A model generated the notes under the pieces. That model made no database searches. It was not told where the DNA came from and was given only the letters and a program-made list of their open reading frames with translations. A stretch of DNA of 64,000 bases from Eledone cirrhosa. Lineage: Eukaryota. Positions 15,250 through 29,344 of the stretch are shown piece by piece. The DNA is taken from NCBI GenBank assembly GCA_964016885.1, contig OZ024746.1, positions 55,614,001 to 55,678,000 of the forward strand, read 5' to 3'. A program made the translations under genes and the position numbers. The first letter of the stretch is position 1. Each line of letters begins with the position of its first letter.

Positions 15250-16605
15250 ATTTAAGCACAAGCCCAATAATTTGGGGAGAGAGGTAATTCGATTAAATCG
15301 ACACAAGTGTATTACTGATACTTTATTTTATCGACCCCGTAAGGATAAAAGGCAAAGTTAACCTCGGTAGGATTTTAATTTAGATCATAAATTACCGTAA
15401 CTCTATGCCATAACACTTGTTGTCCGATGCTCCACCGATACTACCAATCCACCGCCCTTTACCTAGTTATAGTATTAGAAACGATAAGGGTTATATTTCT
15501 GTATTATTATTATTACTATTCACTATTATTCTTGATTTATATACACTTTATCTACCCTGTAAGGTTGAAAGGCAAAGTTAACCACGGTAGTATTTGAACT
15601 CAGATCATAAAGTGCCGTAACTCTATGCTGCAAAGCATGGCGTCCAACCGTCTATCGATACTGACAATCGATCGTGCTTACCGCCCTAATAATAATATTT
15701 GTCATTGCCGTGTATGATGGTTTACTTGCCTCAAGTGTGCGTGTGGTTGGCGACAATAGTACAAACAAAACAACAAATCTTGATAGTTATATCGAGTAAA
15801 GAAACTGAAGGGGAATAAATAAAACAACTGTATATAGATCAATAATTGTTTCTACTTTTGGCACAAGGCCAGCAATCATGCAGTACATTACTGGTACTAT
15901 ATTTTATCGACCCCGTAAGGATGAAAGGCAAAGTCAACCTCGGCGGGATTTGAACTCAGGTCGTAAAGGGACGTAACTACGCTTGAAAGCATGTCTGACT
16001 CTTTACCGATACTGCCAATTCACCGCCCTTGTATATAGATCAATAATAATAGTGAATACTCAATAGTAATAATAATAATAGAAACAAATATAATGATTTC
16101 TTTATTAACCACAAGGGTTTACATAAAGTAGACATTACTGCGTGTAAAAAATAAATATAATGACCCTTATCGTTTCTAATACTAGCACAAGGTAAAGGGT
16201 GGTGGATTGGTGGTATCGGTAGAGCGTCGGACAACATGCTTTATGGCATAGAGTTACAGCATTTTACGATCTAAGTTCAAATCCTACCGAGGTTAACGCT
16301 GCCTCTCATCCTTACGGGGTCGATAAAATAAAGCACCAGTAATGCACTGGGCTCGGTTTAATCGACGTTCCTTTCCCCACAAAATTGCTGGCCTTGTGGC
16401 TATATAAGAAATCTTCTTCTTATTATTATTGGTGGATTGGCAGTATCAGTAGAGCTTTAGACATCATGTTTTGCTGAATAGTTACGCTCTGAGTTCACAT
16501 CACGCCTAGGTTAGCTTTGCCTTTCTTCCTTATGGTTTGATAAAACAAAACACCAGTAATGCACTGGAATAATTGCTGGCCTTGTGCCTTTAGTAGACAC
16601 AATTA
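15250..16605. mobile_element. Cluster of five family A SINEs
   Basis: Minus copies at about 15250-15458, 15530-15680 and 15843-16028 (the last with TSD tgtatatagatcaataat). Plus copies at about 16195-16410 and 16430-16605. Confidence 0.88.
16090..16135 (-). mobile_element. Tx1 LINE extreme 3'-end fragment
   Basis: Reverse complement atgtaaacccttgtggttaataaagaaatcatta matches the Tx1 terminus atgtcagcccttgtggccaataaagaaatcatta at 4548-4581. Confidence 0.65.
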
Positions 16606-17160
16606 TTATTAATATCATTATTATTATTGCCTGCTGTTGCTGTTTTGTTGCTTCTTCTGTTGTAGACGCTATTCTTATTATTACCACTATATATTTCACA
16701 ACTGTCGTACGGCAATTTGATATACTTTCAGCTAGACGATCATTGAGATATAGATTTGTATAGCAGAATCACTCTGATTTGCAATTAACTATTAAATATC
16801 TATATTTAAATACAAACTAAACAAGAGAAGATATAATAAATTAACACGTGTTTTGGAAATAACGATAGCTAAAAAGTACAAAATTAATATATCATGATTG
16901 GTTTTCCTCCTGTTGTTTAATTCTCATTTTTTTTTTTTTTCAGTATTATATTTGTATGTATTCGTAAACGTGATAAGTGACATGATTATATAAAGGTAAT
17001 AATTTTTGTGGTTTTGTTTGTTCATGTATACAAAACGAATTATAATGACATAGGTGTCTCACTGAAAGTACAATCAACACACACCCACACAAACACCCCC
17101 AAACACACATGCGCACACTCACAGATATGTGTCTGGAGGGAGGTATATATATTTGCAGGG

Positions 17161-17492
17161 GGGTATTTGCATGTGTATATGCCTATGGATGCGTTTGTGT
17201 GTGTGTATATGCGTATGCATGCGTTTCCGTGTGTGTATATGCGTATGCATGCGCTTCTGTGTGTGTATATACGTATGCATGCGTTTGTGTGTGTATATTA
17301 GTGCGCATATGCTTGTGTGTCTATATGCGTATGCATACGCTTGTGTGTATATGCATATGCATGCGCTTCTGTGTGTGTATATGCGTATGCATGCGTTTGT
17401 GTGTATATTCGTATGAAAACGCTTGTGTGTGTATATGCATATGCATGCGCTTCTATGTGTGTATATGCGTATGCATGTGCTTGTGTGTACAT
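17161..17492. repeat. ~30-bp minisatellite, about 11 units
   Basis: Unit gcgtttgtgtgtgtgtatatgcgtatgcat, in register at 17191, 17221 and 17251, with largely alternating purine-pyrimidine. Confidence 0.9.
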
Positions 17493-17606
17493 ATGAATGT
17501 CTGTAGGTTTCGTTAGAGATACATTATGTGTTTTTTTTTCCCCATTACTGTTAGTAGGGCACTTATAAATACCTTTGATATTGTTATTATCATTATTAAT
17601 ATTATT

Positions 17607-18215
17607 AGGCTGGTGGATTGGCAATATCAGTAGAGAGTCGGACACTATGCTTTGCGATCTGAGTATAAATTCCGTCTAGGCTAGTTTTGCCTTTCATCCT
17701 TAAGAAGTTGATAAAATAAAGCACCAGTAATGCACTGAGGTCGATTTAATCGACTTTCCCCTACCCCCATATTCCTAGCCTTGTGCCTCAATCAGAAACC
17801 TTTATTATTAGGACGATAGATTGGTAATATCGGTAGAGCGCCGGATAATATTCTTTCCGGCATAGAGTCGTGTCCCTTTACCTTGTAATTTCAAATCCCA
17901 CCGAGGTTAGCTTTGCCCTTCACCCTTACAGGGTCGATAAAATAAAACATCAATAATGCACAGGAGTCGATATAATCTACTTTCCCATCTCCCCTTAGGC
18001 CTAAATCTGAAACCATTATTCTATGAAGGGGTGGATTGGCAGTATCGGTAGAGGGTCGAACGCCATGCTTTTTAGCATAGAGTTACGGACCTTTCCATTC
18101 TGAGTTCAAATCCGGCCGAGGTTAACTTTGCCTTTCACCCTTACGGGGTCTATAAAATAAAGTACCGATAATGCACTGGGTAATTGCTGTCTTCTGCCAA
18201 AATAGAAAATCATTA
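17607..18215 (+). mobile_element. Three head-to-tail family A SINEs
   Basis: Copies at about 17607-17805, 17810-18020 and 18027-18215. ttattctatgaaggggtg is repeated at 18016 and 18214. Confidence 0.88.
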
Positions 18216-18474
18216 TTCTATGAAGGGGTGATGGTCAAATTTCTATCGTTCACCCGATCACGGTAACATAATGTACCAGTTAAATAGTAGTGTCGATAAA
18301 AAACGTTTCTTCTTCACCCCTAAATTGCTGGCCTTTTGTCAAAATTAGAACCCGTTATTATTCTCTATGGGATTATGTCGGAACATTTGATAAATACTCC
18401 AACTTACTGCTTCTAAATTAATTTCGTATTTTGAGGATGTAGTTGAAGATAATTCAATCAAAAATAATTTTATG

Positions 18475-18478
18475 TCTT

Positions 18479-18514
<36 letters not shown>

Positions 18515-18516
18515 AT

Positions 18517-18584
<68 letters not shown>

Positions 18585-18605
18585 TCATTCTTTCATTCTT
18601 TCTTT
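18475..18605. repeat. (CTT)n + (CTTT)n microsatellite
   Basis: Directly visible. Confidence 0.97.
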
Positions 18606-19630
18606 ATTTATTTATTTCTTTAACCAAGCAACGCTTGCCAATTTCCTAGATACCTGCACTGAATAATAGAAATTTAAGTATCATTGAAACTAATAATATG
18701 AAACATAAAAGAAATTTCGTTAATTTTTACGTCTGTTTCATTTCTTTATTGTTTATTTGTTATATTATTTTATTTCATTTTTAAAATAGCTTGATTAACA
18801 AAATGAGACAAAAACCAAAAAAAAAAAATAGTATTTATGATATTAAGTATAATATATTAAAATATAATACTCAATGTAAAAAAAAATGTACAAAGTAGCA
18901 TATGAACTTGTTTGAACAGACTGTATTATATCTTTCGTTGTCATTCAACTGATCATAATTTGGTCTAATTCTTTACATGTTAAATTAAATTCAGAAAGAT
19001 AGAATTAAGATGGGAAAATAACGAATAAAAAGAGAAAGAAAAAGAACGATAATGAACATAAAAGAGGGGAGTATAAGGGCTAGAGTAATAAGATATTGAT
19101 GCAAACAGAGAGACTGGAAAATATTACTGGGGGAAAGAAATACTGATGAAAATAATGAGAGGGGTAGGGTGAGTTAGAAACGAGAATGAGCTTATACATG
19201 TGTATATAAAAATGTGAGTATGATTTGGTATTATGAATAATTTTACTAGATGTTTTAAAAATCAATTTATTTCAAATTACAATATCAATATGGCTGTGTG
19301 TATAATATTGTGTATATAATAGTGTGTATATAATGTGCTAATATGTACAGTGTTCATACTATTCTTTCTTTCTAAATACATAGCCATAAAGAAAATGAAA
19401 ATATATTCGTGTATCGGTTGAAAATAGAAAACATGGAAACGTGGAAAATATCATAGATTATTTGTGTGTTAGAGCTGTTGATATACATATCAAATTAGAT
19501 TGACTTCTAAAGATACACAAACAATTCATATGAGAATGTTGCTCAGTCGTTACACGAATTCATTTGTACATACCCAACACAAACTCACTCACGTAAACAC
19601 ACATACACTCACACGCGATTATATATATAT

Positions 19631-19935
19631 ATGATGGCTGCCCCCTCGTTATCGAGTATGGCCATTGCACGATATAGCATTATTAATAGTTATTAATTAA
19701 TTCTATGCATGTGCTTAAAGATATTTTTAAATTGAGCGACAGCAGGTATAACTCGAAAAGAAGAAAAGATCAACATCATCGGTAACTACTTAGCCGCAGC
19801 TTTTATATCGGAGGTATCCCAGTTTCCTGAGTTGCCTTCTCCTAGAAGAATGCCATGACAAAGGGTAGGTGTCCTTCATTCCCAGTGGTTTAACTTCGAG
19901 ATCGGTTGTCCTGCCCTACAATTTCTGACCCCGTG
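19631..19935 (-). mobile_element. Non-autonomous RTE-derived bipartite element
   Basis: Reverse complement contains cctttgtcatggcattcttctaggagaaggcaactc (shared with 29418-29455) and the 3' end ccatactcgataacgagggggcagccatcat (shared with 29773-29805). A 3'-only copy lies at 21806-21965. Confidence 0.65.
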
Positions 19936-19987
19936 CATATACATACACATGCACCCATGTATACAAACATATACATATACATACATA

Positions 19988-20105
<118 letters not shown>

Positions 20106-20656
20106 CATACATACATACATACATACATACATACATACATAGATACATACATACATACATATATATATATAATTATGTATATTATATCATATATAGATTT
20201 GTGTGTTCCTGTGACTGTCACGATTACCTTCAAAGGTAACCACACGATATTTTCATCTCGAATAATATTCCCTGGACAAAATTATTTATCATATGTTTCA
20301 AACTACACATATATCATACTAAATGCAGCAAATATACCGACGATATAATATAAATGAATGTACCATTAAAGGTCTCATATAACTGGCCACATGTTTCACT
20401 TCTAAACAAACCCAGAGACTGAATTTACAACAGAAAAAAAAAAAAGAATTAAATCCCAAATTATCAACAAGATACCTCAAGCTAGCAAACCCCTAAATGT
20501 ATTTCATACAATCAAAGTAATATGCAATATCTAATGTATACATGAAACCTGGTTAGTCGAATTAGTTACACCGGCAAAATTAATACGACACTTTCTCGTG
20601 GGTCACTGTGCATTTACAAGGAGACTGTTCTAAGTATCTTTATAATGTACACGAAA

Positions 20657-20865
20657 AGGGCGGTCGAATGGCTGTATCGGGAGATACTTTGCAGCATAAA
20701 GTTACGGCCCTGTATGATCTGAGTTCAAATCCCGCCGAGATTAACTTTGCCTTTCATCTTTACGGGGTTGATAAAATAAAATACCAGTCTAGCTCTGGGG
20801 TCGATTTAATCGACTTTCCGCTCCCTCAACATTGCTGGCCTTGTGCCTATATAAGAACCCATTAT
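20657..20865 (+). mobile_element. Family A SINE (long-tail variant)
   Basis: B box gagttcaaatccc, core and tail present. Flanked by ttataatgtacacgaaa / ttatactgtacacgaaa. Confidence 0.88.
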
Positions 20866-21259
20866 ACTGTACACGAAATAAAATTAAACAAGAAAATATA
20901 AAAAAAAACAATGAAAATCTTGATGGCATTTCTTAAAAATAATGAGAACATTAAATATAAAAATCTTATTAAAAGCAAATTGCAAGCTAACATTCAAAGC
21001 AGAGAAACAGAAAATGAAAGCAGTCCATAAAATGTTCTAAAATTATCCGTTGACTTATTTTAAATCGACATTAATGATTTGCTATACTGTAACATTAAGC
21101 ATGTTGTCATTTAGGACGTACTGCAAGGTTTGAGAAAAAAAAAGTCTAATAATAATAACAGTAATGAGATTGAGAAAGTCATAGACATAGTTTTAACAAA
21201 ATAATATAAAGTATAAAAGTGGCTCCACACAAAAGTGTAACTCCAAACTATTAGTGTGT

Positions 21260-21664
21260 ATAATTGTTTCTACTTTTTGGTACAAGGCCAGCAATTAACC
21301 AGTACATTACTGGTACTTTATTTCATCGACCCCGTAAGGATGAAAGGCAAAGTGAACCTCGGCGGGATTTGAACTCAGATCGTAAAGGGACGTAACTATG
21401 TTGGAAAGCATGGCGTCCGACCCTCTACCGATACTGCCAATCTGCCTAAAATAGAAACACTTATTAGTATATATAATTGTTTCTACTTTTGGCACAAGGC
21501 CAGCAATTACCCAGTGCATTGCTGGTACTTTATTTTATCGACCCCGTAAGGATGAAAGGCAAAGTTAACCTCGGCGGGATTTGAACTCAGAATGGCAAGG
21601 GCCGTAACTCTATGCATCAAAGCATGGCATCCAACCCTCTACCGATACTGCCAATTCACCGCCC
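21260..21664 (-). mobile_element. Two tandem family A SINEs
   Basis: Copies at 21260-21446 and 21472-21664. A tattagt(a/g)t(a/g)tataat repeat occurs at about 21249, 21462 and 21665. Confidence 0.9.
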
Positions 21665-21992
21665 TATTAGTATATATAATGCCAGATGAAAATACATGTG
21701 TGTGATTCTGTGTGTCTATATGCACACTAGATACAGTTGCACACATTCATACATAGATTACACACATATGCCTGCACACACACACACACACACATACGTA
21801 TGCATATGATGGCTGCCCCCTCGTTATCGAGTATGGTCATTGCACGATATACCATTATTAATAATTATTAATTAATTCTATTGTGCAATGCTTGTGCGTG
21901 AAGATATGTTTTAAAGTGAGGAAAGACTGTGCACTGAGCCAATCCCACTCTCTGAGCGACATTAGCTATATATATGTGTGTGTGTGAGTATA

Positions 21993-22057
<65 letters not shown>

Positions 22058-22058
22058 G

Positions 22059-22092
<34 letters not shown>

Positions 22093-22741
22093 TACATGTA
22101 TGCATTCAAATATATATATGCGTGTGTGTGTGGGGGGGGGGTGTATGCGTGTGTATGCATGTGCGTGAGTGTGTGTATGTGCTTGTTTGTGTTGTTATGC
22201 ACACATTTATCATATTAGTTCGTTCTGTCCTGTTATAGGGACGATGCACTGGTCTGAGAAAATTGAATAAATTTGCAGCCAGCCTGCTCATTTCCTAATG
22301 GCGTCAATTTGAACTGGTATCTCTTATCAGATATACACAGGAAGATGAAGGAAGGCTTCCGGTTTCGAGCTAAACGAGGTAATGACCCGTCTTCATAGGG
22401 ACAGTGTATCAAAGTAAAGAATTTTAGGTTTGATAGAAGATTAAGGAAAGCGACGTATTGAGACTACCGGCTTTCTGCCTGAATTGGTTCTATGCAAGAG
22501 CGGATGGCATAATGGTTTGTGAAAACTATGTTATATTCTGAATGCTAGCATCTGCCTTCCTTCTTCTTGTGTAGTATTGACTTTCATACAACAATGGACG
22601 CATTCAGTCATTGCTTAATTTCTATTAAATCTTGAAAAACTGGTGTATAAAGACACTATGAATATGAAAGACATACACGCAGAATGATGGACATATAGAC
22701 AGATCTCCATATATATATATATAATGATATGTGTGTGTGCG

Positions 22742-22795
<54 letters not shown>

Positions 22796-22801
22796 TATGT
22801 C

Positions 22802-22841
<40 letters not shown>

Positions 22842-23874
22842 TGTGTAAATATATACTTATATACAAAGGGAGAGGAAGACAGAGTTTTGAGAGTTATTAA
22901 ATAGAAATATATATATATAGAAGAACGTATGAACAGGTACACTGTATGTTTGTATAAACCGTAGAGAGGTTCCGACAGAGAATGAATGTGAGACTAAATG
23001 AGGCTGTCGGCGAGGAAGAAACATGCAAACAGTATGAATTCAAATTAGAGAGTGATACTCTAGGAGTTAGGCTGAGAAAGCACGGATCATAATAAACTTT
23101 AAGTGAGAGAGTAAGATACAGAAAGTGATAGAGTGTGTAAGTGGGAGTAGGAGAGACATTCAGTGTCTGTATATTCCATGGGCTGTGTATGTCTGTGTCC
23201 GTGCGCATATGAGTGAATATGTGCGCCTTCATGAAACTTTAAAATCTCATTCAGAACGTTTTACTATTTTCGTCTCCGCTCTCCGCACTCCAATTTCGAA
23301 TCATGCTCAGATCAATTTACATTTCATATTTTTGAGGGCAATACATAAAGTAGCATTCTAATGATATTCTGTATATGCTAGACACCAACTGGCATCGTTA
23401 TTTTGGGTGCAGCATTCTATGTATAAACAATTTTCTTTGCAATCTTAATGTTCGAGGTTCGGTTAGTTTGCCTAACATAAAGAAATATTATTTTAGCATC
23501 TGATGCTCTAAGGATCCCGAATGTTGACTTAACCTGGCCCTTTATATACAATCAGATGAAAAAAACCGATAGTCAGAGTGCGTCAAGGTAACTCTAGTTC
23601 CATATGACTGCTTTTTTGATAACAACCTACAGTTACATCTGGAAGAAGCGTCCTATAAATATATGAACTGGAATTTATAAACCATGAAATTAGGGAAAGG
23701 TACGTTGACATCAGGATGATCAGAAATCATCTGAGCTAGAATAAATACTGAGGCATTTAATACGAAGTCACATTGACTCTGCCAATTCGTCGCGCTTGAA
23801 CTATAAATTATATGGAAATTAATGAAATAATGATTCCTTTATTTCTGTATTATATTTTATTGTTTATTTCAAAA

Positions 23875-24355
23875 TAATGGTTTCTGATTTAGGAATAAAG
23901 CCAACAATTTGGAGGGAGAGGGAAAGGGCAATGAAATCGACACCAGTGCATCCCTAGTTATTTATTTAATCGACGACCGTAAGGATGAAAGGCAAAGCTA
24001 ACCGGTGGGATTTGAACTAAGAACGTAAAGGGAGGTGACTCTATGTCACGAAGCATGGTGTCCGACACTCTACCGAATAAAGGAACGTAACTCTATTCCA
24101 CGTAACATGGTGTCCGATGCTCTACCGAGTAAAGGAACGTAACTCAATTCCACGAAACATGGTGTCCGACGCTCTACCGAGTAAAGGAACCTAACTATAT
24201 TCCACGAAGAATGGTCTCCGGCGCTCTACCGAGTAAAGGAACGTAACTCTATTCCACGAAGCATGGTGTCCGATGCTCTACCGAGTAAAGGAACGCAACT
24301 CTATTCCACGAAGCATGGTGTCCGACACTCTACTGATACTGCCAATCCATCGCCC
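23875..24355 (-). mobile_element. Family A SINE with an internal 6 x 52-bp tandem amplification
   Basis: Units start at 24026, 24078, 24130, 24182, 24234 and 24286 (taaaggaacgtaactctattccacgaagcatggtgtccgacgctctaccgag). Confidence 0.92.
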
Positions 24356-25073
24356 TATGTTTATTTTCAAATAATAAAATAACCACCACCTATGAAATTA
24401 GCCAACAATTCCAGATAACACTACAGTCTTACCAATCCAATCTCTTCAAAATATATTTTTAATCTACTTATCTCTATTTCTCCGGACGCCAAAAAGCATT
24501 GTTTAGTGATTCCGCAATCTGAGACTTTAGAGTTTAAAGGAAATCTCGAATTCATATCCATCAAGATAATAACGTTCTTAGATTATTTATCATTAGATAA
24601 AAAAACAAAGAGTTAAATAATTCAAGTTGTTTTGATGAACAATTAATTCTAGTAAATAAATTATGTGTTCTATATTAATTTAACAAATGGAAAAGTGAAT
24701 TAAATTGCCGTCATTTATTGTCAAGCATTAAGAGAATGACGCGATCAGATTAGAAAGCACTTTGTGAAAAGAACAGCATGAAAAACATAGAAAATGTTTG
24801 ATAGATAATCTATTAAACGAATATGGCGGTGAAGTTTGACATTGTGCGAGAACAGATGTATTGTAAAAAGAAGGAATAATTTCAACTAGTAATAACGACA
24901 TACCTTTTGCTCAGAAGCAACAGTTGTATTGTAATCCCCCAATATTGGATTGCAATATCTGTAAGTGCAATTAATTGTATTTCAGAAATAATGAACTAGA
25001 AAAAGCTGGGGGAAATTTGAGATAGTTCACAGTATTTGGCATATCTTTTTTACATTTTTAGTTCGTTTTCAGC

Positions 25074-25107
<34 letters not shown>

Positions 25108-25116
25108 GTGTGTGTG

Positions 25117-25147
<31 letters not shown>

Positions 25148-26045
25148 CTACAATAAAACTCACCTCCTACATATATATTTATATATATATATATATATAT
25201 ATATAGATATAGATATATATGGGGTTGTATTTACTTTACTTTTTGTTTAAGATCCGTAATTGAACAGTTCGTCAAGGAAAGAAGATCGATAAAATAATAG
25301 AAGACTTGAAAAAGTTATATATATCCTGGGGTGGATATGATCAACGAAATGAATTAAAGGTGGCAGCAGTCTGATAGAAATGAGTAAAAGGATAAAAGAA
25401 TAAAATAATGTCAAACATTTGTATGACTGCAATATTTGTGTGTTTGCTTATGTTTGTATGTGTGCGTGTCTGTGTGTTTGTTTGCATGCGTTTGTTGCAT
25501 CTGTTGGCTCGGTTGCGAGGGCGAGTGTTCCAGTTGTTTGACAACAGAGGATTTAACATGCAAGAGGTTGAGAGTTCCATAGACACGTGTATCCCAGGAA
25601 TATACGACGTGGGACCATGTGTGACACGACTAGCCGTTTCAATAACTGGTAGTTTCTGTTGTGAAACCAACGTGTACGTGATTGGCAATCTCTCAGACAC
25701 CCGCACCATTGACATACATCCCGATTATATTTACTGCGACACAGTGTGTGACAAAACTGTTTGTATTTTAATCAAAAATACAGCTCATTTGTTTGCAGCT
25801 GAATGAACAGGAGCAATATAAAAAGTCCCTAGTGCAATGACACATAGCACCATCGTGAATCAAACTCACCAGCTTACGATCGTTAGCCGAATATACTAAA
25901 CACTATACCACGCAATACCAGCGTATAGTGGTATTTATAAGGAATACTGGTATTGGTATCGAATCTACGATTATATAAGCCAGAGTTTAATACCTCGATA
26001 AACACTACGCCATACACCTTCACTTTATCTATGTATTTGTATCCA

Positions 26046-26236
26046 CGGCGGTGGATTGGCAGTATCGGTAGAGGGTCGGACGCCATGTTTTGCAACTTTG
26101 AGTTACGGCCCTTTATGATATGAGTTCAAATCTCGCCGAGGTTAACTTTGCCTTTCATCCTTACGAGGTCGATAAAACAAAGTACCAGTAATACACTGAG
26201 TAATTGCTGTGCTTGTGCCAAAAGTAGAAACAATTA
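26046..26236 (+). mobile_element. Family A SINE, full length
   Basis: ggcggtggattggcagtatcggtagag..gagttcaaatc..agaaacaattat, with TSD tatcta(t/c)gtatttgta. Further copies lie at about 27590-27805(+), 27862-28093(-), 28785-28972(-), 31212-31568 (mixed), 39300-39457(+), 42133-42300(+), 44495-44667(-), 47845-48085(-), 48517-48692(-), 56444-56600(+), 59866-60055(+) and 60304-60482(-). Confidence 0.9.
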
Positions 26237-26874
26237 TCTACGTATTTGTAATAATGAATGTTCTAGAAATTAACTCCTTTATATTATTAACGTGGTCCGA
26301 ACACTACAGCAAACACGAGGTCGGCACTTTCAATAAATTATATGATCGTGGGGCTAATCCCTAAACCCTAAGCCATGCGTCATCATGGTGTTCATATTAT
26401 CTTTTTATTATATTTCTATTGAAAAGCATTACATATGATTTCTAAATAAGTTTTAGATATTCAAGATTTTGAAGCGATTTAGTTATGTAGATATTTTTCT
26501 CAGCATTAAGCTTATGTTAGGAGTAAAGTATAGCAAAGACTTTACATGTACATTATAATGGAAGGAATTTTATATAATTATAAACGATTGAAATTACACA
26601 GTTTTATATCATAAAACTGGCATGGTTTCAGGCGGTTTGGTACAAAAAGGGCTAACATTTAATGTGATGTTATATTTTCCTAAGCCGACTGAGATATCCA
26701 TGTTACTGACTAACTATGCAAGAATTTAGAATGTGTTATACCTTTGGATTTAGGAATTTAAATGGGAAATTTCCTCCTATCGTTTCATTTCTTCTCGTGC
26801 ATCTCAATGTATCGCTGACATAAACATTAGTAATTGCACTACAGAGAGAGAGAGGGGGGGGGGGGGGAGAGGAG

Positions 26875-26906
<32 letters not shown>

Positions 26907-28994
26907 GGGGGGAGAAGAGAGAGATAGAGAGAGAGCGAGAGAGAGAGAGAGAGAGAGAGAGGGGAGAAATTGTGAGGATGAGCGAGGATTAATATAAAAG
27001 ATGTCGTTTGGCTGCTGGTGATGTTGTTGATGATGGAGATTATGTTGGTGATGGTAGTGAAGGTGGTGCTGATGTTAATAATAATAATAATTGTAGTAGT
27101 AGTAGTAGTAGAGGTAGTAGTAGTGTGGGGCGGATTATTGCTGGTGGTGGTGATGCTTGTTGTAGAAGTGATAGGGAAGGTGGTGCAGCTCGTGGTGATG
27201 ATGAGGATGATGTAAATGGCGACGCAGCTGGTGCCGACGTTGTTGTTGGTGGTAATGTTGGTCAGAGCGATGTGGGGGAAAAGGAGGTTTAGTGAGGTGA
27301 GTAATGATATTGTCTTGTGGAAACTTGATGAGTTTGGTTCCATCAAAGTAGAAGGAATGGTCATTATATTAATGCTTCATTAAACTAGAACATTTGGCGA
27401 GCAGCACAAATGCGACGAGTTGTTAGCAATTGAGCGAATGTGCTATTAAAAGGAAGAATTAGAAAGAATATATTCTATGGGCGTTGTTAGAGATGGTTTA
27501 GTTTTATGTTTCCGAATCGAAATCTACAATTTTATTCGCTCTTTACAAAGAATGCCAAAGTTGTCATTATTATACCAATGTGGTATGGGTTGTGGGTTAG
27601 CAGAATCGTTAGAGACTCAGACGAAATGCATTGCAGCATTTAGTTAGAGCGCTTTTCGTTCTGGGTTTAAATTTCACGGAGTTCATCTTCGCGTTTCATC
27701 CTTTAACATTCGATAAAATAAAGTACCAATCAATGTACTAGGTTCGAAATTGTTGACTCCCACCTTAAACAGAATGATGGCTTTGTGACTAAATTAGAAA
27801 ATATTATTAATTCAGTGTAGTAAGAGTAGTGATTTGACTGACTGATTAGAGCATCGTATATAATGGTCTCTAGCATAGGCACGAGAACGGTAATTTTTTT
27901 TGTTTGAGGGGGGGGGGGGGCGATATCGATATCATCGACCCCAGTACGTTACTGGTACTTTATTTTATCGACCCCGTAAGCATGAAAGCAAAGTTAACAT
28001 CGGTGGTATTTGAACTGGGACCGTAAATAACCGTAACTCTATGCTGCAAAGCATGGTCCCCGACACTCTACCGATACTGCCAATTCACCGCCCTAGAGCG
28101 TCGTATATAATGATTTACAATATTCGTTCCGTTGTGCGGCACTGAGTTCAAAATTTATGGCGGGCAACTTTGCCCTTCACCCATCCGAGGTCAGCTAGTT
28201 CCTCTCATCTCATTTCTGAACTTATTTCTAATACAGAATTCCAATTTGGTAATGTAAGTTATGCAGCAAAACACTCATTATGGGATACGCTTTGATTTCG
28301 ATCTTTACTAACATACGCCAAATACATCTTTCATGTCTGTGTTAATTTTTATGTGGCTTGGTTGTTAGTGAGTTCGGCTCAAATTTGATTCCCATATATC
28401 ATTGAGCAATATACTTTAGTTACATGTTAATTCACGATCAGGCTGATCCGTTGGTAAAACAATAACTGATACACTTAACAAGGCAACTGATATGTTTTAT
28501 GTAAAGGTACCTCATTTAGAGGTAGATGTCGCTCTTTTAATATTATTTATCAATATTCGTGAGTACGGTGGTAGCAATGTTGGCAGGGTGGGTATATAAC
28601 AGTGATAATATTTTAATATTTTTGGCCTCACTGAAAATAAAAAGGGGGGCGGGGCGCTGATTAGAGGCACTTTTGGTTGCTATTTCCATCACATCTATTA
28701 ACTGTGTAATTAGTATATCATAAATTATTTTGGGACAGCGTGAACCAAAGAATTATCGACAGAAATGGCATTAATGACTGACACAATAATTGCTTCTTAT
28801 TTTGGCACAAGACCAGCAATTATCCCAGTGTATTACTGGTACTTTATTTTATCGACCCCGTAAGGATGAAAGGCAAAGTTAACCTCGGCGGTATTTGAAC
28901 TCAGACCATAAAGGGCCGTAACTCTTTGCTGCAAACATGGCGTTCGACTTCTACCGATACTGCCAATCCACCGAATGACACAATAATGATAATA

Positions 28995-29012
28995 TAGTAG
29001 TAGTAGTAGTAA

Positions 29013-29049
<37 letters not shown>

Positions 29050-29074
29050 GTTGCTGGTGTTGGTGGTGGTAGTC

Positions 29075-29112
<38 letters not shown>

Positions 29113-29113
29113 T

Positions 29114-29174
<61 letters not shown>

Positions 29175-29200
29175 CAATAGCAGCAGCAGTAGTAGTAATT
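28995..29200. repeat. (TAG)n/(TAT)n compound microsatellite
   Basis: Directly visible. Similar tracts lie at 9390-9535 (as CTA) and 62788-63070. Confidence 0.97.
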
Positions 29201-29344
29201 GATAGTCATTGCCGTGTTTTAGTGTTACAATAGGAGCTATGTCAGTTTTCATGTGTGTGTGTTTATATAATTGGTGCTTGAATATAAATATATATGTATA
29301 TATGCATATATGTATGTTTGTATGTATGTATATATGTTTGTATG

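Noticed and set aside
22352-22402. HHR-like motif on the minus strand (atgaagacgggt..gctcgaaaccggaa)
   Set aside because: C3 and the cleavage triplet are both non-canonical and stem I does not pair. At most a dead relic.
24026-24337. Possible CRISPR array
   Set aside because: Contiguous 52-bp units with no spacers, derived from the SINE, in eukaryotic context with no cas genes.
25408-25806. 132-aa ORF
   Set aside because: It starts in a (GT)-rich repeat, overlaps probable SINE-derived sequence, and has no recognisable domain.
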